DNA from: Ruditapes philippinarum
Lineage: Eukaryota
NCBI RefSeq assembly: GCF_026571515.1
Contig: NW_026859154.1
Coordinates: 124,001 to 188,000, forward strand
Direction: 5' to 3'
DNA length: 64,000 bases
Shown: in pieces, positions 50,960 through 64,000 of the stretch
Numbering within the stretch: position 1 is the first letter of the stretch
Layout: each line of letters opens with the position of its first letter
Made by a program: the position numbers and the translations under genes
The notes under the pieces: model-generated
Databases searched by the model: none
Seen by the model: only the letters and a program-made list of their open reading frames with translations
What the model was told of the DNA's origin: nothing

Positions 50960-53900
50960 ATGGCTTCACATGACAGGGGACCGACTAAAAACATTTATGA
51001 TTTTCCACGATCTCAACCAATCCCAACCATTCCTATTACACCTGAGTCCACCGAAACAGTTTCATCAACGCTTCATGTAAATTTGGAGCCGACTAAAAAC
51101 ATTTATGATATTCCACGATCACAACCGATCCCAACCATTCCTATTTCACCTGAGTCCACCGAAACAGTTTCACCAACGCTTCATGTAAATTTGGAGCCGA
51201 CTAAAAACATTTATGATGTTCCACGATCACAACCGACCCCAACCATTTCTACTACAACAGCATCCACCGAAACTGTTTCATCAACTATTCATGAAAATTT
51301 GGAGCCGCCGAAATCTTCCGATGATCGGCCAACATTTCAGAAAGCAGTACATGATGAAAGTTTTGATACATCAAACACAAAAGCAACCGACGATGATTTT
51401 AAATCACCGGTGACGAAAACCGATGAGCCTCTCGTTACAAGTGAGCAACCCACTACTCACAAGGATACTGACAATAAAACTGAAGATTGTCTAGAAAATT
51501 CTAAGTGTCAGTCCGATAAAAGCCCAGACTGTCTCCCAATGAATGGTGCAATGAAGTTAATGTCAGACATATCACCGATGGATTCCGAGCAGAACTCTAA
51601 AGGCAAGTCATAAATAATAATAAACTTTATGTTATGGCTCATTTACAAATCAACATATGCAAGTCACAAAAATCTAGTGCAATAACTTATCTACATTTTT
51701 CGGTTTAACATATTCTGTGAATTCACATGCATATATATATAATGTCAGTATGTTATTACTTTGTAAGGAAAACAGCTTTTAAAAATAAATCAATTTGCAA
51801 GACAATTGAACTTATTTAAGATGAAAGCTACTAATACAGTGAAAATTTGGTTTTGAATTTCTATTTAAGATCATGATTATGAGGCCATAGATGAAGACGC
51901 ATTGGATACGAATCCAACGCGATCGACTTATCCACCACCAACGATTCCGATGTCACCTCGGCCTAACAGAGCAAGGTCGACATCATCCCTCAAACCAGTG
52001 CGGATAGTAGACGTAGCAAACACTTACATGGATCTATCAACCCTAACAACGGATGAAAACAGACAGATACTATTAACAGGAATCAGAAAAACCATTTCCA
52101 TAAAAGAAATCGAAACCATACTGAAATCGGATTTACTTAAAAGAAATGATGACCTTGAAGATATCAAGGTCGACAGAGTTCACGGAGAAGCCGTTGTTAT
52201 GTTGAAAAACGGAAGAGGTAAGTTTTAGGTTTTTCATTAAGTATATTAAAAAGGAATAAAGTACGAAAATTCCTTCTTACAGCGCCATAACATACGCTTC
52301 AGCCACATATGCTCGGGACTTGCGTGCTCGCAATGAAACAGATGATTTTCGTTGCAAACCATTGTGTCATTTGTAGCACAAAATAATTGAAATGTATCAA
52401 AAATTAAAAATGAAATGAGCCGCGTCACGACAAAACCAACACAATGATTTTGCGACCAGCATGGATCCAAACCAGCCTTCGCATACGCGCAGTCTGATCA
52501 GGATCCATTATGTTCGCTTACAAACCTATTAAAAGTAGAAAAACTGATAGCGAACAGCATGGATCCTGATCAGACCATGCGGATGCGCAGGCTGGTCTGG
52601 ATCAATACTGGTCGCAAATCCATTATGTTGGTTTTGCCGTGACACGGCTCATATGTGAAATTTATATGCATGACAAACACACGAAGTACCCGTACATTGA
52701 AGACAAAACTGGAGCTGCTTGGATTTGAACACGCATCAGTATGGTTGAATAATCAAGGCGCACCCAATATACTACAACTTCTTTCTAAAAAGACTATGGT
52801 CAATATTATAGTATTACTATACAACCCATACACACATGACTTATTTTTTTTTGAAGTGAACTCATCCATGTCATATTTACAAAGGTTGCGATATAACTAA
52901 TATTCACCAGTATCTATTGTGACCGGTAGTGCACCGTGAAGCTATAACGTTAAAAGTTTGTTTATACCCGGGGATTAGCTTGGAAAACCATTGATTTGCC
53001 GAGTTCCGGATATTATCTATTGATTTAACGTTTTCCACACTTACATAAGTGGCAAATAAAGATAAATACTATTTAATTTAAGCGGAAAGTATTTTTGCTT
53101 TGAAATAATATTTCATGTTCAGTAAGACGATAATTGTCCAATTCAAACTTTGTTACCATTAGCTGCTAGCGATGTCTTGGATAAAGCAAAACCTGAAGGG
53201 AAAGTAACATTGCAAGATACAGAGGTCTATGTATCGCCATTGAACCAGGCTCCAATTGATCCACGTAAGATGTTTGTATTTGATTTTGACAAATCATTTG
53301 AAGATATGATTCTATACGATGATGCAACACTTGGAACACGGCCCACAAAAGAAATTAGAGGAGAAAATAGGACAGCTGTTTTGTTATGCTTTGATATTGA
53401 TGTTTCTCAAGGTATAATTTTTTGTTGTTATAATCAAATTTGAGCCGTGCCATGACAAAACCAACATAGTGCGTTTGTGATCAACATGGAGCCAGACCAG
53501 CCTGCGCGTTTACGCAGTCTGATCAGAATCCATGCTGTTCGCTTACAAACCCTTTTACAAGTAGAGAAACTGATTGCAAACAGCATGGATCCTGATCAGA
53601 CTGCGCGGATGCGCAGACTGGCTTGGATCCATGATGGTCGCAAACGCACTGTATTGGTTTTGTCATTGCGCAGCTTATTTAATGAGTACTAAAAACTTTT
53701 TTTTTTTAAATACTATGACATATTTTTATGCTGATATTGTGACTCATTTAAATCAAAGTTTATATTTTATCAAGTAAATGATATAATCATTATTGTCGTT
53801 TTATACACGTATTTGCTTTCTTTCCAAATTAGGTTGTTTCGTCTGTAATAAAACATATTTTATTAACTATTTGCAAGATCATATTCTTATAATTAACATG

Positions 53901-56900
53901 TATTCTCAATGAATTTTAAAATTAACACGTATTCTCAATGAATTGGTCAACTTGAATTGTAAAAAATGTTAAAACAAATAATTTTTGAGCCTCGTTTTTC
54001 AAGCATGTAATACTTTGTTTATATATGAATGTTATCATTAATAACTATTGTTTCAATCAAGGAGAAGATTTTCTAAAAAAAAGCGTCTAGCTTTCTTCTC
54101 AATTCTTTTTGCATTTTATTGTAATATATTGTGTATATACTGTATATTTGGCTAACATAAAATATTTTTTTAACCAAACTTAATTCAAGATGGCATCAAA
54201 CAAGGTATTCGTGAAAGCTTAACTACAAACAATATACATAAAAACAAATTCATTTTTACTAATTTTGAATTTTTTAACACATTTCGGTGAAGAAATAAAA
54301 ATAATTTGTACAAATTATTGAAATATCGTGACAAACGTCACGTAAACTTTATGTTATATCTGTTTACATGAATGACTATTCATATTCAAGTTATATCAAT
54401 TATGTAAGGAAAACTATATATTGGATAAGATAAATAAACATCTCTTAATTCAAAATATTAGCACAACATGCGTGATTACTTTTATAAAAGAATCCGATAT
54501 ATAAATATAAATCCTAAACTCAAATAATATTTAAATGCCCATTAAAAAATCTAAAATGTATAGGAATAGCAAATTAGACTTATACATGAAATTGGATAGA
54601 TTTACGTGGCACACTATACATTAAAACTATAATTGCGTCCTTGATCAGTGGTAATTTTATTAAAACTGAATCGAGTCATTGAATATAGTTTCATATTTAT
54701 TAGGTGAATTTGATTTTTACCAAATATTCAACATGCTGACCTCTTACATATGAATTCCTAAAAACTATTTACAATCTTTTGTATTAGAAGATATTCAAAT
54801 AAAAACGGCAATTTCAAAGATACGGTATCTAACAGTACTTTCTTGCTAATAAAAGTTTTGTGAACAAAATATCGTTTAAATCGAGGATAAATCTTTTATA
54901 ACAAACCGTTGCTAACTGTAAAGCTTCACCACGTAAGATATATATTTATTTTAAGTGGTTACATTGATAGTAGAATCTAATTAAAGATGTGGTTTATATT
55001 TTCAATTACCAAAAAATATATCAATTATCACAAAGCAATCTTTTATTTTATTCTTATTTATAAAATGAAGTTCGTTTACTTGCACATGTCACGGAACCGA
55101 GATATACAGTTCATATATTTAACCATTTTAAGGTCAATTAGCGTTCATTCAATAGAAATGAAGCATCATTCTTTCTAATATTACTATACAAAAAGACATT
55201 TTCAAAAACTGATAATTTGGTTCTACCTTTTACCTTTTTATCATAAACTACCTTTGTAAAAGTTGCTATGTAAATTTCATGAATATTTTGGCATCAATAT
55301 GAAAAATGTATCTAGTTTTCCAGCATTATGTTTCAACTTCAAAGCGATACCTTGTATAACAGTTAAAGACGTTCACGTTTGCTGGACATTGATGTATTAA
55401 TCATTAGAAGAATGTTCCTTTCTATATTCCACTCTTTATTTTACGTTCAGATGGTCTGTTCTACTTCCACTTCTTCACAACTAGAAATTTGTTCTAAATT
55501 TTTCAATTGTCAAACAAATTGTCACAAATGAACTTAAATCATTAATTTGAACCTACGTTTAGAATGAAAATTACCAAATAAAATCTGCGACATGGTCTTG
55601 GTCAGTTCATTGAGAATGTGTTTAATTCAAGCATAACTTTATCGTCTATTTCCACTATTAACTTCAAATAGGATTTGAAGCTCGATACATTCTTACATAT
55701 AAAGTGTGATCTGATTAAATGTGCATTTACATTTTACATTTACTACATTTGAATACTCTTAGATCAGACATTTCAACATCTACTTACCGCCTATAAATGG
55801 AATATGTTGCCTGTGGAACGTACAAATAGAGTTCGAATTAAAGGCGTTTCTATGGAAACAACACCTGAGGACGTGAAAGACTATTTCAATAAAAAGCTTT
55901 CAAATGATGAAAGCATAACATCTATGGAATATAGAGAACACTTGGGGGACTATATCATCACGTTTTCTACAATAAATGGTAAAATTTATGTCTTTCTAAT
56001 TAGATACAATTTGATAAAGTGAAAAAAAGAACAAACCAAATATTTATAGAGAAAAGGAATGTTTGTCAACAAAATAGTTTTTTAATGCCCGGGTTGGGAC
56101 GTCCTTTTAGAAATTTTGGAAGGGGAAAAAATTTTAAAAAAGTAAAAAAAAAGAATTTAAAACCCCAAACCGTGCCCGGGCGGGGTTTTAAATTTTTGTT
56201 GATTTCGAATCATTTGCCCCTCAACGCTGTGAATTCGGATCCCCCCAAAGGGCTTTGAACCCCTTAATTTAAAGTATAATTAGAGCGTTGTGGTTTATTC
56301 AGGAAACCGCTCGTTTTCCTCCTTAAATAAAAAATTTTGTATAAAAAAATTTGAATCCCTTTAAAGAAGCAATTCAAAAATTTTCCCTGGAAAGTAAATT
56401 TTTTATTGTTTTTTTTTTTTTTTCCCTTTACTTTTTATCTTTTTTATTCTTGTTTTTTTTTTTTTCTTTTTAAATTATGAAATTTTAAGTTTAAGTTTTT
56501 TAAAGATTTTTGACAAAGAAATATATTAAAAAGGAGTGTGTATAAAAATATATCCCATTTGAGTTTTTGGGTTTTTGAATCACTAAATTTTCCTAGCTTT
56601 AAAAATACTTTGGTAGTGAAAATAAAGGGTCTTTTTTATACGGGAATTTTTTTAAAAAGTAAAAGGGGAACTTTAACTTTTTTTTTGTGTTGTTTCTTTT
56701 TTTACAAAGGGGTTCAGTAATCATGAATATGTGATTCTGACTTCTATATTTTAGTCTTGATTTCATCAACTCAAAGGAATCTCATTTCGTTTTATATACA
56801 CCTTCTGTTATAAACCGTTTACATATATATTTTGATACAATAGTCAAAAGCATGCATATTTACAGATGCAGAGAGAGTGGAAAACCAAGAGATTAACTCT

Positions 56901-59900
56901 ATAAATGGAAAATAAATTGAAATAGCTTATTACTATCCTTATCTAGAAGATGAGGATGCATATATATTTAATATTCCACAACCAAAGAAAATGCGGTACG
57001 TTGACAGAGATATTTGCGGGTATGTATAGATTTTATTTCTTTTAATAGAAAGTTACGTAATTGAGATTGATGAATTTGCTCGGATGGTGAGGGATTCAGG
57101 ATAAGAAGAGTTCATATTATCATTGTTGTCTGAAAATTAAAATAAAGGATTTTGGGTTTCTTTTGAAACCATCATTCCCAAAACCGGGGTTTTCAAAAAA
57201 GAACTTTTTAAAAAACCCTTTTCAGCATAATTTTTTTAAAAGTGAAAACAAAACAAAAACGGGTTTGAAAAAAAAAAAAAAGGAAAATTTTTTTTTTTCA
57301 TTATTTTTTTCCCCTGTTCCTTGCAAATTGTTAAAAAACCCGGTATTTTAAACCCGGGAAAAAAAACATAATTTTAACCAATACTTTAACATTTTTTTTT
57401 AAAAAGAAAAATTGTTCTTTTTTAAAACTAATTATTTTTTTAAAAATTGTAAACAAATCATGAAAATTTAAAGTTTATTTTTGATTTTTATAAAAGCTAA
57501 TTTAAATTTTTTAAAATCCTTTTAAATCGTTTGATTTTTAATGGTTTTTTTATTTTTCAAAAAAAAAAAATTTAAAAATGCCAAAAAAATTTAAAAAAAC
57601 CCTTAAAAAAAAAATAAAATTTTTAATTTGTAATTTCCCCAAATTTGAAAAAAGAGAAATGAATGAAATATTTTTTAAAAGTTTACATAAAATGTGGAAA
57701 AAATATTTGCTGTAATCTTTTTACATATTTTTTGATTTTTAAAAATTTTTTTAAAAAGTAAAATTAAATAGTTACATATATAATATCTCAATAAGTGGGG
57801 GGTAAAAACCCTTAAATTAAAACCATACGGGATTTTTAAGGGTCAATTAAAAAAACCTGAAGATTTTGGGGGCTGTAAATGTCTGGACTAATTTGAGGAT
57901 TTTTTTTATTATAATAACCATAAGACCCTGACTAGTATTACATGAAAAAGAAACTACCCAATCGCAAAACCCCACTCAAAATAATGTCAAAAAAATTGGG
58001 CTACTGTTACTAGTTTAACATCCCGTTTATTTAGGTATCTACAAACATCCGCTAAATACAAAAAAGAGTTAGAAGAAAGTGTAGCGTCCCATCATGGAAA
58101 AGTTCGTTGGCCTAGTAATGAAGGAGCATATATGGAGGTGATGTGCAATGTGGATGAACGAGACAGAAAGGCAAAGATAAAAGTTGAAGACTGGGAAGAA
58201 CATGCGGCCTCGGCAAAAGGAAAAAGGGGGGGGNNNNNNNNNNNNNNNNNNNNNNNNNNNNNNNNNNNNNNNNNNNNNNNNNNNNNNNNNNNNNNNNNNN
58301 NNNNNNNNNNNNNNNNNNNNNNNNNNNNNNNNNNNNNNNNNNNNNNNNNNNNNNNNNNNNNNNNNNNNNNNNNNNNNNNNNNTTTAAAAATTTTTTTTAA
58401 AAAAAAATTTTTTAAAATTTTAAAATTTTTTTTGGGGAAAAAAAGGGGGGGTTTTTTGGGGGGGGTTTTTAAAAAAAAATTTTTTTTTTTTCCCCTTTCC
58501 CAAAAAATTTTCCCCCAAAAACCGGGGGTTTCCCCAAGGTTTTTTGGGGGAAAAAAGGGGTTTTTTAAAAAAAAAGAAACAAAATTTAGGGAAAAAAAAA
58601 CCCCTTTTTTTTTTCCCTTTTTTTTTAAAATTTTTTATTTTTTTTTGGGGGGAAAAACCCCTGGGGGAAAAAAAAACCCAAATTTTTTCCCAAAAAAAAA
58701 AAAACCTTTAAAAAAAAAAATTTTCCCCCCTTTAAAAAAATTTTTAAAAAATTTTAAAAAGGGTTTTTTTGGGGGAAATTTTTTTAAAAAAAAAACCCCC
58801 CCCGGGGGGGGAAAATTTTTTTTTGGGGGCCAAACCTTTTTTTTTTTCNNNNNNNNNNNNNNNNNNNNNNNNNNNNNNNNNNNNNNNNNNNNNNNNNNNN
58901 NNNNNNNNNNNNNNNNNNNNNNNNNNNNNNNNNNNNNNNNNNNNNNNNNNNNNNNNNNNNNNNNNNNNNNNNNNNNNNNNNNNNNNNNNNNNNNNNNNNN
59001 NNNNNNNNNNNNNNNNNNNNNNNNNNNNNNNNNNNNNNNNNNNNNNNNNNNNNNNNNNNNNNNNNNNNNNNNNNNNNNNNNNNNNNNNNNNNNNNNNNNN
59101 NNNNNNNNNNNNNNNNNNNNNNNNNNNNNNNNNNNNNNNNNNNNNNNNNNNNNNNNNNNNNNNNNNNNNNNNNNNNNNNNNNNNNNNNNNNNNNNNNNNN
59201 NNNNNNNNNNNNNNNNNNNNNNNNNNNNNNNNNNNNNNGTTTTTGGGGGGTTTTTTGGGTTTTTTTTGTTTAAAAATTTTTTGGGGGGGGAAAAAAAAAT
59301 TTTTAATTTTTTTAAAAAAAAAAAAACCTTTTTAAAAAATTTTTGGGTTTTGTTTTAAAAAATTTTTAAAAAAAAATTTTTTAAAAAAAAAATTTTTTTT
59401 TGGAAAAAAAATTTTTTTTTTAAAAAATTTTTAAAAAAATTTTTTTCCCCCAAAAAATTTTTTGGGAAAATTTTTGGGAAAAAATAAATTTTTTTTTTTT
59501 ATAATTTTTTTTTAAAATGATTGGGGTTTTTAAAAAGGTTTTAAAAATTTTGGGTTTTTAATTTTTAATTTTTTTTTAAAAAAAAGGTTTTAACAAAAAA
59601 TTTTTTTTAAAAAGGGGGGTTTTAAAAAAAAATTTTTTTTTTTTTAAAAAAAAATTTTAAAAAAACCAAAAAAAAAATTTAAAAAAACCCTTTTCAATTT
59701 TTTTTTTTTTAATTTTTTTGTAAAAAACCCAAAAAAAATTTTTCCCCAAAAAAGGTTTAAAAAAAATTTTTTAAAAAAAAAAAAATTTTTTAAAAAACCC
59801 TTTTTTTGGGGAAAAAGGGGCCCCCAAAAAAAAAAATTTTTTGGTTTTAAAAATTTTTAAAAGGAAATTTTTTTCCTTTAAAACCCCTTTAAAAAAATTT

Positions 59901-62900
59901 TTTTTTAATTTGGGGTTTTTTTTTTGGGGAAAAAAAATTTTTTTTAAAAAAAAAATTTTTTTTTTTAAAATTTTTAAAAAAATTTCCCTTTTTTTTCCCC
60001 CCCCCCCAAAAATTTTAAAAACAAAAAAAAATTTCCAAAAGGGGGGTTTTTTTTAAAAAAGAAAAAAAAATTTTTTTTTTTAAAAAAATTTTTTTTTTTT
60101 TTGGAAAAAAAATAAAAAATTTTAAAAAAAAAAAAAAAATTTTTTTAAAATTTTAAATTTTAAAAATTTTAATTGAAAAATTAAAAAATTTAACCGGGAA
60201 AAAAAAACCCCCCGNNNNNNNNNNNNNNNNNNNNNNNNNNNNNNNNNNNNNNNNNNNNNNNNNNNNNNNNNNNNNNNNNNNNNNNNNNNNNNNNNNNNNN
60301 NNNNNNNNNNNNNNNNNNNNNNNNNNNNNNNNNNNNNNNNNNNTTTTAAAAAGGGAAAATTTTAAAAAATTTAAAAAAAAAAAAAAAATTTTAAACTTTT
60401 TGAAAGGGGGGTTTTAAAAAAAAGGGCCCCCCTTTTCCCTTGGGTTTTTTAAAAAAAATTTTTAAAAATTTTTTTAAATTTTTTTTAAAAAACCCAATTT
60501 TTAATTTTTTTTTTAAAAACCTTTTTTCCCCTTTTTTTTTAAAAAAAATTTAAAAAAAAAAAAAACTTCCCCCCCTTTTAAAAAAGGGGAAATTTAAAAA
60601 AATTTTTTTTTTTGGGGGGGGCAAGGGTTTTAAAAAAAAACCCCCCTTTTTTTTAANNNNNNNNNNNNNNNNNNNNNNNNNNNNNNNNNNNNNNNNNNNN
60701 NNNNNNNNNNNNNNNNNNNNNNNNNNNNNNNNNNNNNNNNNNNNNNNNNNNNNNNNNNNNNNNNNNNNNNNNNNNNNNNNNNNNNNNNTTTTTTGAATTT
60801 AAATTTTTAAAAAAAAAAAATTTTTTTTTTAAAAAAAAAAATTTTTTTTTTAAAAAAATTTTTTTCCCCCAAAAAAAAAAAAAAACCCCCCCCTTTTTNN
60901 NNNNNNNNNNNNNNNNNNNNNNNNNNNNNNNNNNNNNNNNNNNNNNNNNNNNNNNNNNNNNNNNNNNNNNNNNNNNNNNNNNNNNNNNNNNNNNNNNNNN
61001 NNNNNNNNNNNNNNNNNNNNNNNNNNNNNNNNTAATTTAAAAATTTTAAAAATTTTTTTTTTTTTTTAAAAAAAAATAAAAATTTTTTTTTTAAAAATTT
61101 TTTTTTTCCTTTTTTAAAATTTTTAAAAAAAATTGGGGGGGGTTTTTTTTTTCCTTTTGGGTTTTTCTTTTTAAAAACCCCTTTTTTTTTTTTTTCCCCC
61201 CAAAAAAAAATTTTTTTTTAAATTTTTTTTTTAAAATTTTTTTTTTAAAAAATTTTTAAAAAGGGGGAAAAAAAAATTTTTTAAAAAAAATTTTGGGTGG
61301 GGGGTTTTTTAAAAAGGTTCCCAAAAAGAAAAAAGGGGGGAAAAAAAATTTTTTTTCCTTTTTTTTTTTTTTCCCCCCTTTCTTTTTAAAAGGGGAAAAA
61401 AAAATTACCGGGGTTTTAAAAAAAAAATTTTTTTAAATTAAAATTTTTTTTAAAAAAATTTTAAAAAGGGGGGGCATTTGCAAAGGAAATTTTTTTAAAA
61501 AAAACCCCCCGGTTTTTTTCCCGGGAAAAAAATTTTTTTTTTTTTTCCCCTTTTTTTTAAAAAAAATTTTTTTTTTTTTAAGGGAAAAAAATTTTAAAGT
61601 AAAAAAAAAAATTTAAAAATTTTTTTTCCCCGGGGTTAAAAAAGGGGAAACCCCCCCAAAATTTTAAAAAAAAAGGTTTTTTAAAAAAAAAAAATTTTTG
61701 GTTTTTTTTTTTTTAAAAAAATTTTTTTCCCAAAACAATTTTTTAAAAAAAAAAATTTTTTTAAAAAAGGGCCCCCCCTTTTTTTTTTTCCCCCCCCAAG
61801 GCCGGGGGGGGAAAAAAATTTTCTTTTTTAAATTTTTCCCCCTTTTTTTAAAATTAAAAAACCCCCCCCTTCCCCCGCTTCCTTTTTTTTTTTCCCCCCA
61901 AAAATTAAAAAAGGGAAAAAAAAAAAATTTTTAAAAAAAANNNNNNNNNNNNNNNNNNNNNNNNNNNNNNNNNNNNNNNNNNNNNNNNNNNNNNNNNNNN
62001 NNNNNNNNNNNNNNNNNNNNNNNNNNNNNNNNNNNNNNNNNNNNNNNNNNNNNNNNNNNNNNNNNNNNNNNNNNNCAAATTTTGGGCCCCCCCCCCCCCC
62101 CCCCAAAAAAAAAAAAAAAAAAAAATTTTTTTTTTTACAAAAAAAAAAAAAAACCCCCCCAAAAACCCCCAAAAAAAACCCCCAAAAACCCAAACCCCAA
62201 AAAAAAAAAAAAACCCCCCGAAAATTTTTAAAAAAAAAATTTTTTTAAGGGGGGCACATTACAGACCGATTGTGGAAGAAAACATCTCGAAAAGCTAGTT
62301 GATGAGTATGATGGCAGACTTATCTATCAGATACAAGGAGACGACTTATATATTGTTTCAGTGGACTATTTGCATCAGGAGATCATTAAAAAAGTGAAAA
62401 CCTTCCTAGATTCACATTCTTACCTCGAAGAAACGGTTCTTTTTGACAGTGGTGTATTCCTCTACCTGTTTAACAATAAAAAGAGGGATGTTCAACAAGT
62501 TATCAAGCAATTCAAGGACTTGAATGTCGAAATAGATATAGTTGATAGAGAAACAAGAAAGGGGTTTACGGTAAAGGGAGATAAACAGGTATGCAAGATT
62601 GCCTTAGCACAGCTTAATAGCATCAAAGATAATGTCATAAGGACAGATATGAATGTCAGTGACGAATTCTTTCACAAATTCCTTCAACGTCCGGAGGGCA
62701 TGGAAAAAATGAAAAATATTCAGTTGGCAGAAAAATGCATTATTCAAATACCAATGGCAATACCAGAGAGAGGTAGTCGACAACGATCGGAAAATATACT
62801 TGCAAAATCTAAATTTGGACATTGCGACCTACAAATTAAAGGCGGCGACATTACTGATCAAATTGTTGATTTTATTGTTAACCCAACAGATAGAATGTTG

Positions 62901-63797
62901 GAGCATAAACGGGGTTTAGGAAGAACATTAGTTGATAAAGGTCTGAATATTTTGTTTATAATAATATGTTTTAAAAAAGGCATTAATTAAGCATTCAAAT
63001 TAATTCTAGATTTTTTTGTTTTGATGTTCGGTACGATTTAGCGATTTCGGTGCTTTAATGTAATTGCAGGATTAACAACATACGATCGTTCATTGAAAAT
63101 TATTGATATGACTATGTTTTTATTATTTTGCCAAAGCAAATGTATGTCGTTACGTTTTTGATTTTTCTTTTGCATTTACAAAATTTGAAATAAAAACTAT
63201 ATATATTTAAACAAGACAAAGCAGTGCCTTTCTTAACAAAAATATATATAAGACAGATGATGTATTACTAACATGTGACAATAGAAACATACGGGAATAA
63301 CATTTGGTTGTAAACGGTTAAGTTATGGTTTTAACTGTAAGTATTTTGTGATAACTATTTTTGTTTTGCTTTTTTCTAAGGCGGGTTTCTTGTTTCAAAG
63401 TCATGTGAGGAAAAAAAGCGGTGCATTAAAGAGTTTGATGCTTTCGTTGGGAGTGCAGGTGACCTTCCATATCGTGGTATAATACATGTGGTCATACCTA
63501 CCTATTCAGTTGAACGTAATGATAGAAAACAGGAGGATATACATCACGCAGTTAGACAATGTCTTCTTGAAGCAGACAAACAAAATGCAACAAGTATTGC
63601 GTTTCCGTTGCTAGGGTCAGGAAGATTTGGATATCCTGATGACATCATTGTTGACAGTATGATGAAAGAAATTAAAAATTATCTGCTTCAAAATGGAACA
63701 AGCACATTCTTGAGACGTATCACAGTGTGTGATATAGAATCTGATTTAACGATTCTTCTCCCAGAATCAATAGCTGAGGACTTTTCTCTTCCAGCAG
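50960..63797 (+). CDS. PARP14: Gene B: second PARP14-like paralogue (5' part; continues past window end; possibly a pseudogene or affected by an assembly error)
   Basis: Exons 50960-51602 (GC donor), 51870-52217, 53163-53411, 55763-55978, 56866-57019 (in-frame TAA 56913-56915), 58035-about 58215 (runs into a gap), about 62255-62940 (partial), 63381-63797. Intron phases match gene A, and exon 3 (249 nt) and exon 5 (154 nt) have identical lengths. Similarity is clear (LPVERT.RVR..GV.METTP; SHHGK..WP; DIT...VDFIV; SIAFP.LG.GRF.YP). Confidence 0.82.
50981..51304 (+). repeat. Coding tandem repeat, 3 x 108 bp (36 aa; PTKNIYD[F/I/V]PRSQP...NLE)
   Basis: Units start at 50981, 51089 and 51197; a degenerate fourth starts at 51305. 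Confidence 0.95.
52417..52650. mobile_element. MITE, 234 bp, long imperfect TIRs (Sola-like)
   Basis: GAGCCGCGTCACGACAAAACCAACACAATG ... CATTATGTTGGTTTTGCCGTGACACGGCTC; flanks AAAT/ATAT. Confidence 0.85.
53442..53676. mobile_element. MITE, 235 bp, same family, TSD ATTT
   Basis: Long imperfect TIRs; ATTT at 53438-53441 and 53677-53680. Confidence 0.85.
58216..62254. other. Unreliable assembly: homopolymer-inflated sequence with six N gaps
   Basis: Almost only A/T/G/C runs; begins inside exon 6 and ends inside exon 9 of gene B. Milder degradation at about 56050-57950. Confidence 0.95.
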
Positions 63798-64000
63798 GTA
63801 AAATAATATTCAATAACAAACTAAGTTCTCTGTTTTTTTTAATTATTATCCGTTATATTTATAGTCACGAAACAAGGCAATAATGAGACATAAACAAGGC
63901 AATAATGAGATAATGATTTTGATTAATATTCACATCATTTATAATAGATAACGTTTTGTTTCTTGTGTATTGTGTTGCTTTTTCAAGTATATATACATAT

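Noticed and set aside
53477-53777. ORFs with MDPDQTARMRRL-type peptides (also 52246-52470)
   Set aside because: They lie within the palindromic MITE; spurious.
58216-62254. F/K/G/P-rich ORFs (e.g. 58132-59358, 59841-60056, 61698-61934)
   Set aside because: Translations of homopolymer artefact and N gaps; only 58035-58215 is real exon sequence.
3151-63912. Short 16-22 bp tandem duplications (about 3151, 47611, 49545, 49670, 50797, 63870)
   Set aside because: Ordinary slippage duplications with no shared sequence.

Overview
AT-rich animal genomic DNA with spliced genes. The repeat families and gene content suggest a bivalve mollusc (inference). The window is dominated by two head-to-head PARP14-like paralogues. 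Gene A is on the minus strand (ATG 32547 to stop 17283). I traced 19 coding exons with consistent splice phases, about 1673 aa: a Tyr/Pro-motif disordered N-terminus, RRM-like and KH-like regions, then three macrodomains. It stops right after macro3, with no WWE or ADP-ribosyltransferase domain visible. Gene B is on the plus strand (ATG 50960 to beyond the window end) and has the same exon plan. It carries three 36-aa YDxP repeats, an in-frame TAA in exon 5, and exons lost in a low-quality or gapped block (about 56-62 kb). Both genes have a remodelled macro1 pocket, one GC-AG intron and an ISRE-like site upstream. A third spliced gene (minus, 9022-5717) is only partly captured by the ORF track. 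It encodes a putative secreted low-complexity protein with a small 6-Cys domain and a C-terminal ...WGK; its first exon is interrupted by a stop-rich patch. Intergenic DNA holds a 298-bp tandem array of strand-biased hairpins inside a foldback element with recombinase-site-like palindromes, a decayed LRR gene, tRNA-derived SINEs, a Helentron/pearl-type element and several MITEs. All analysis was by eye; no searches were run.
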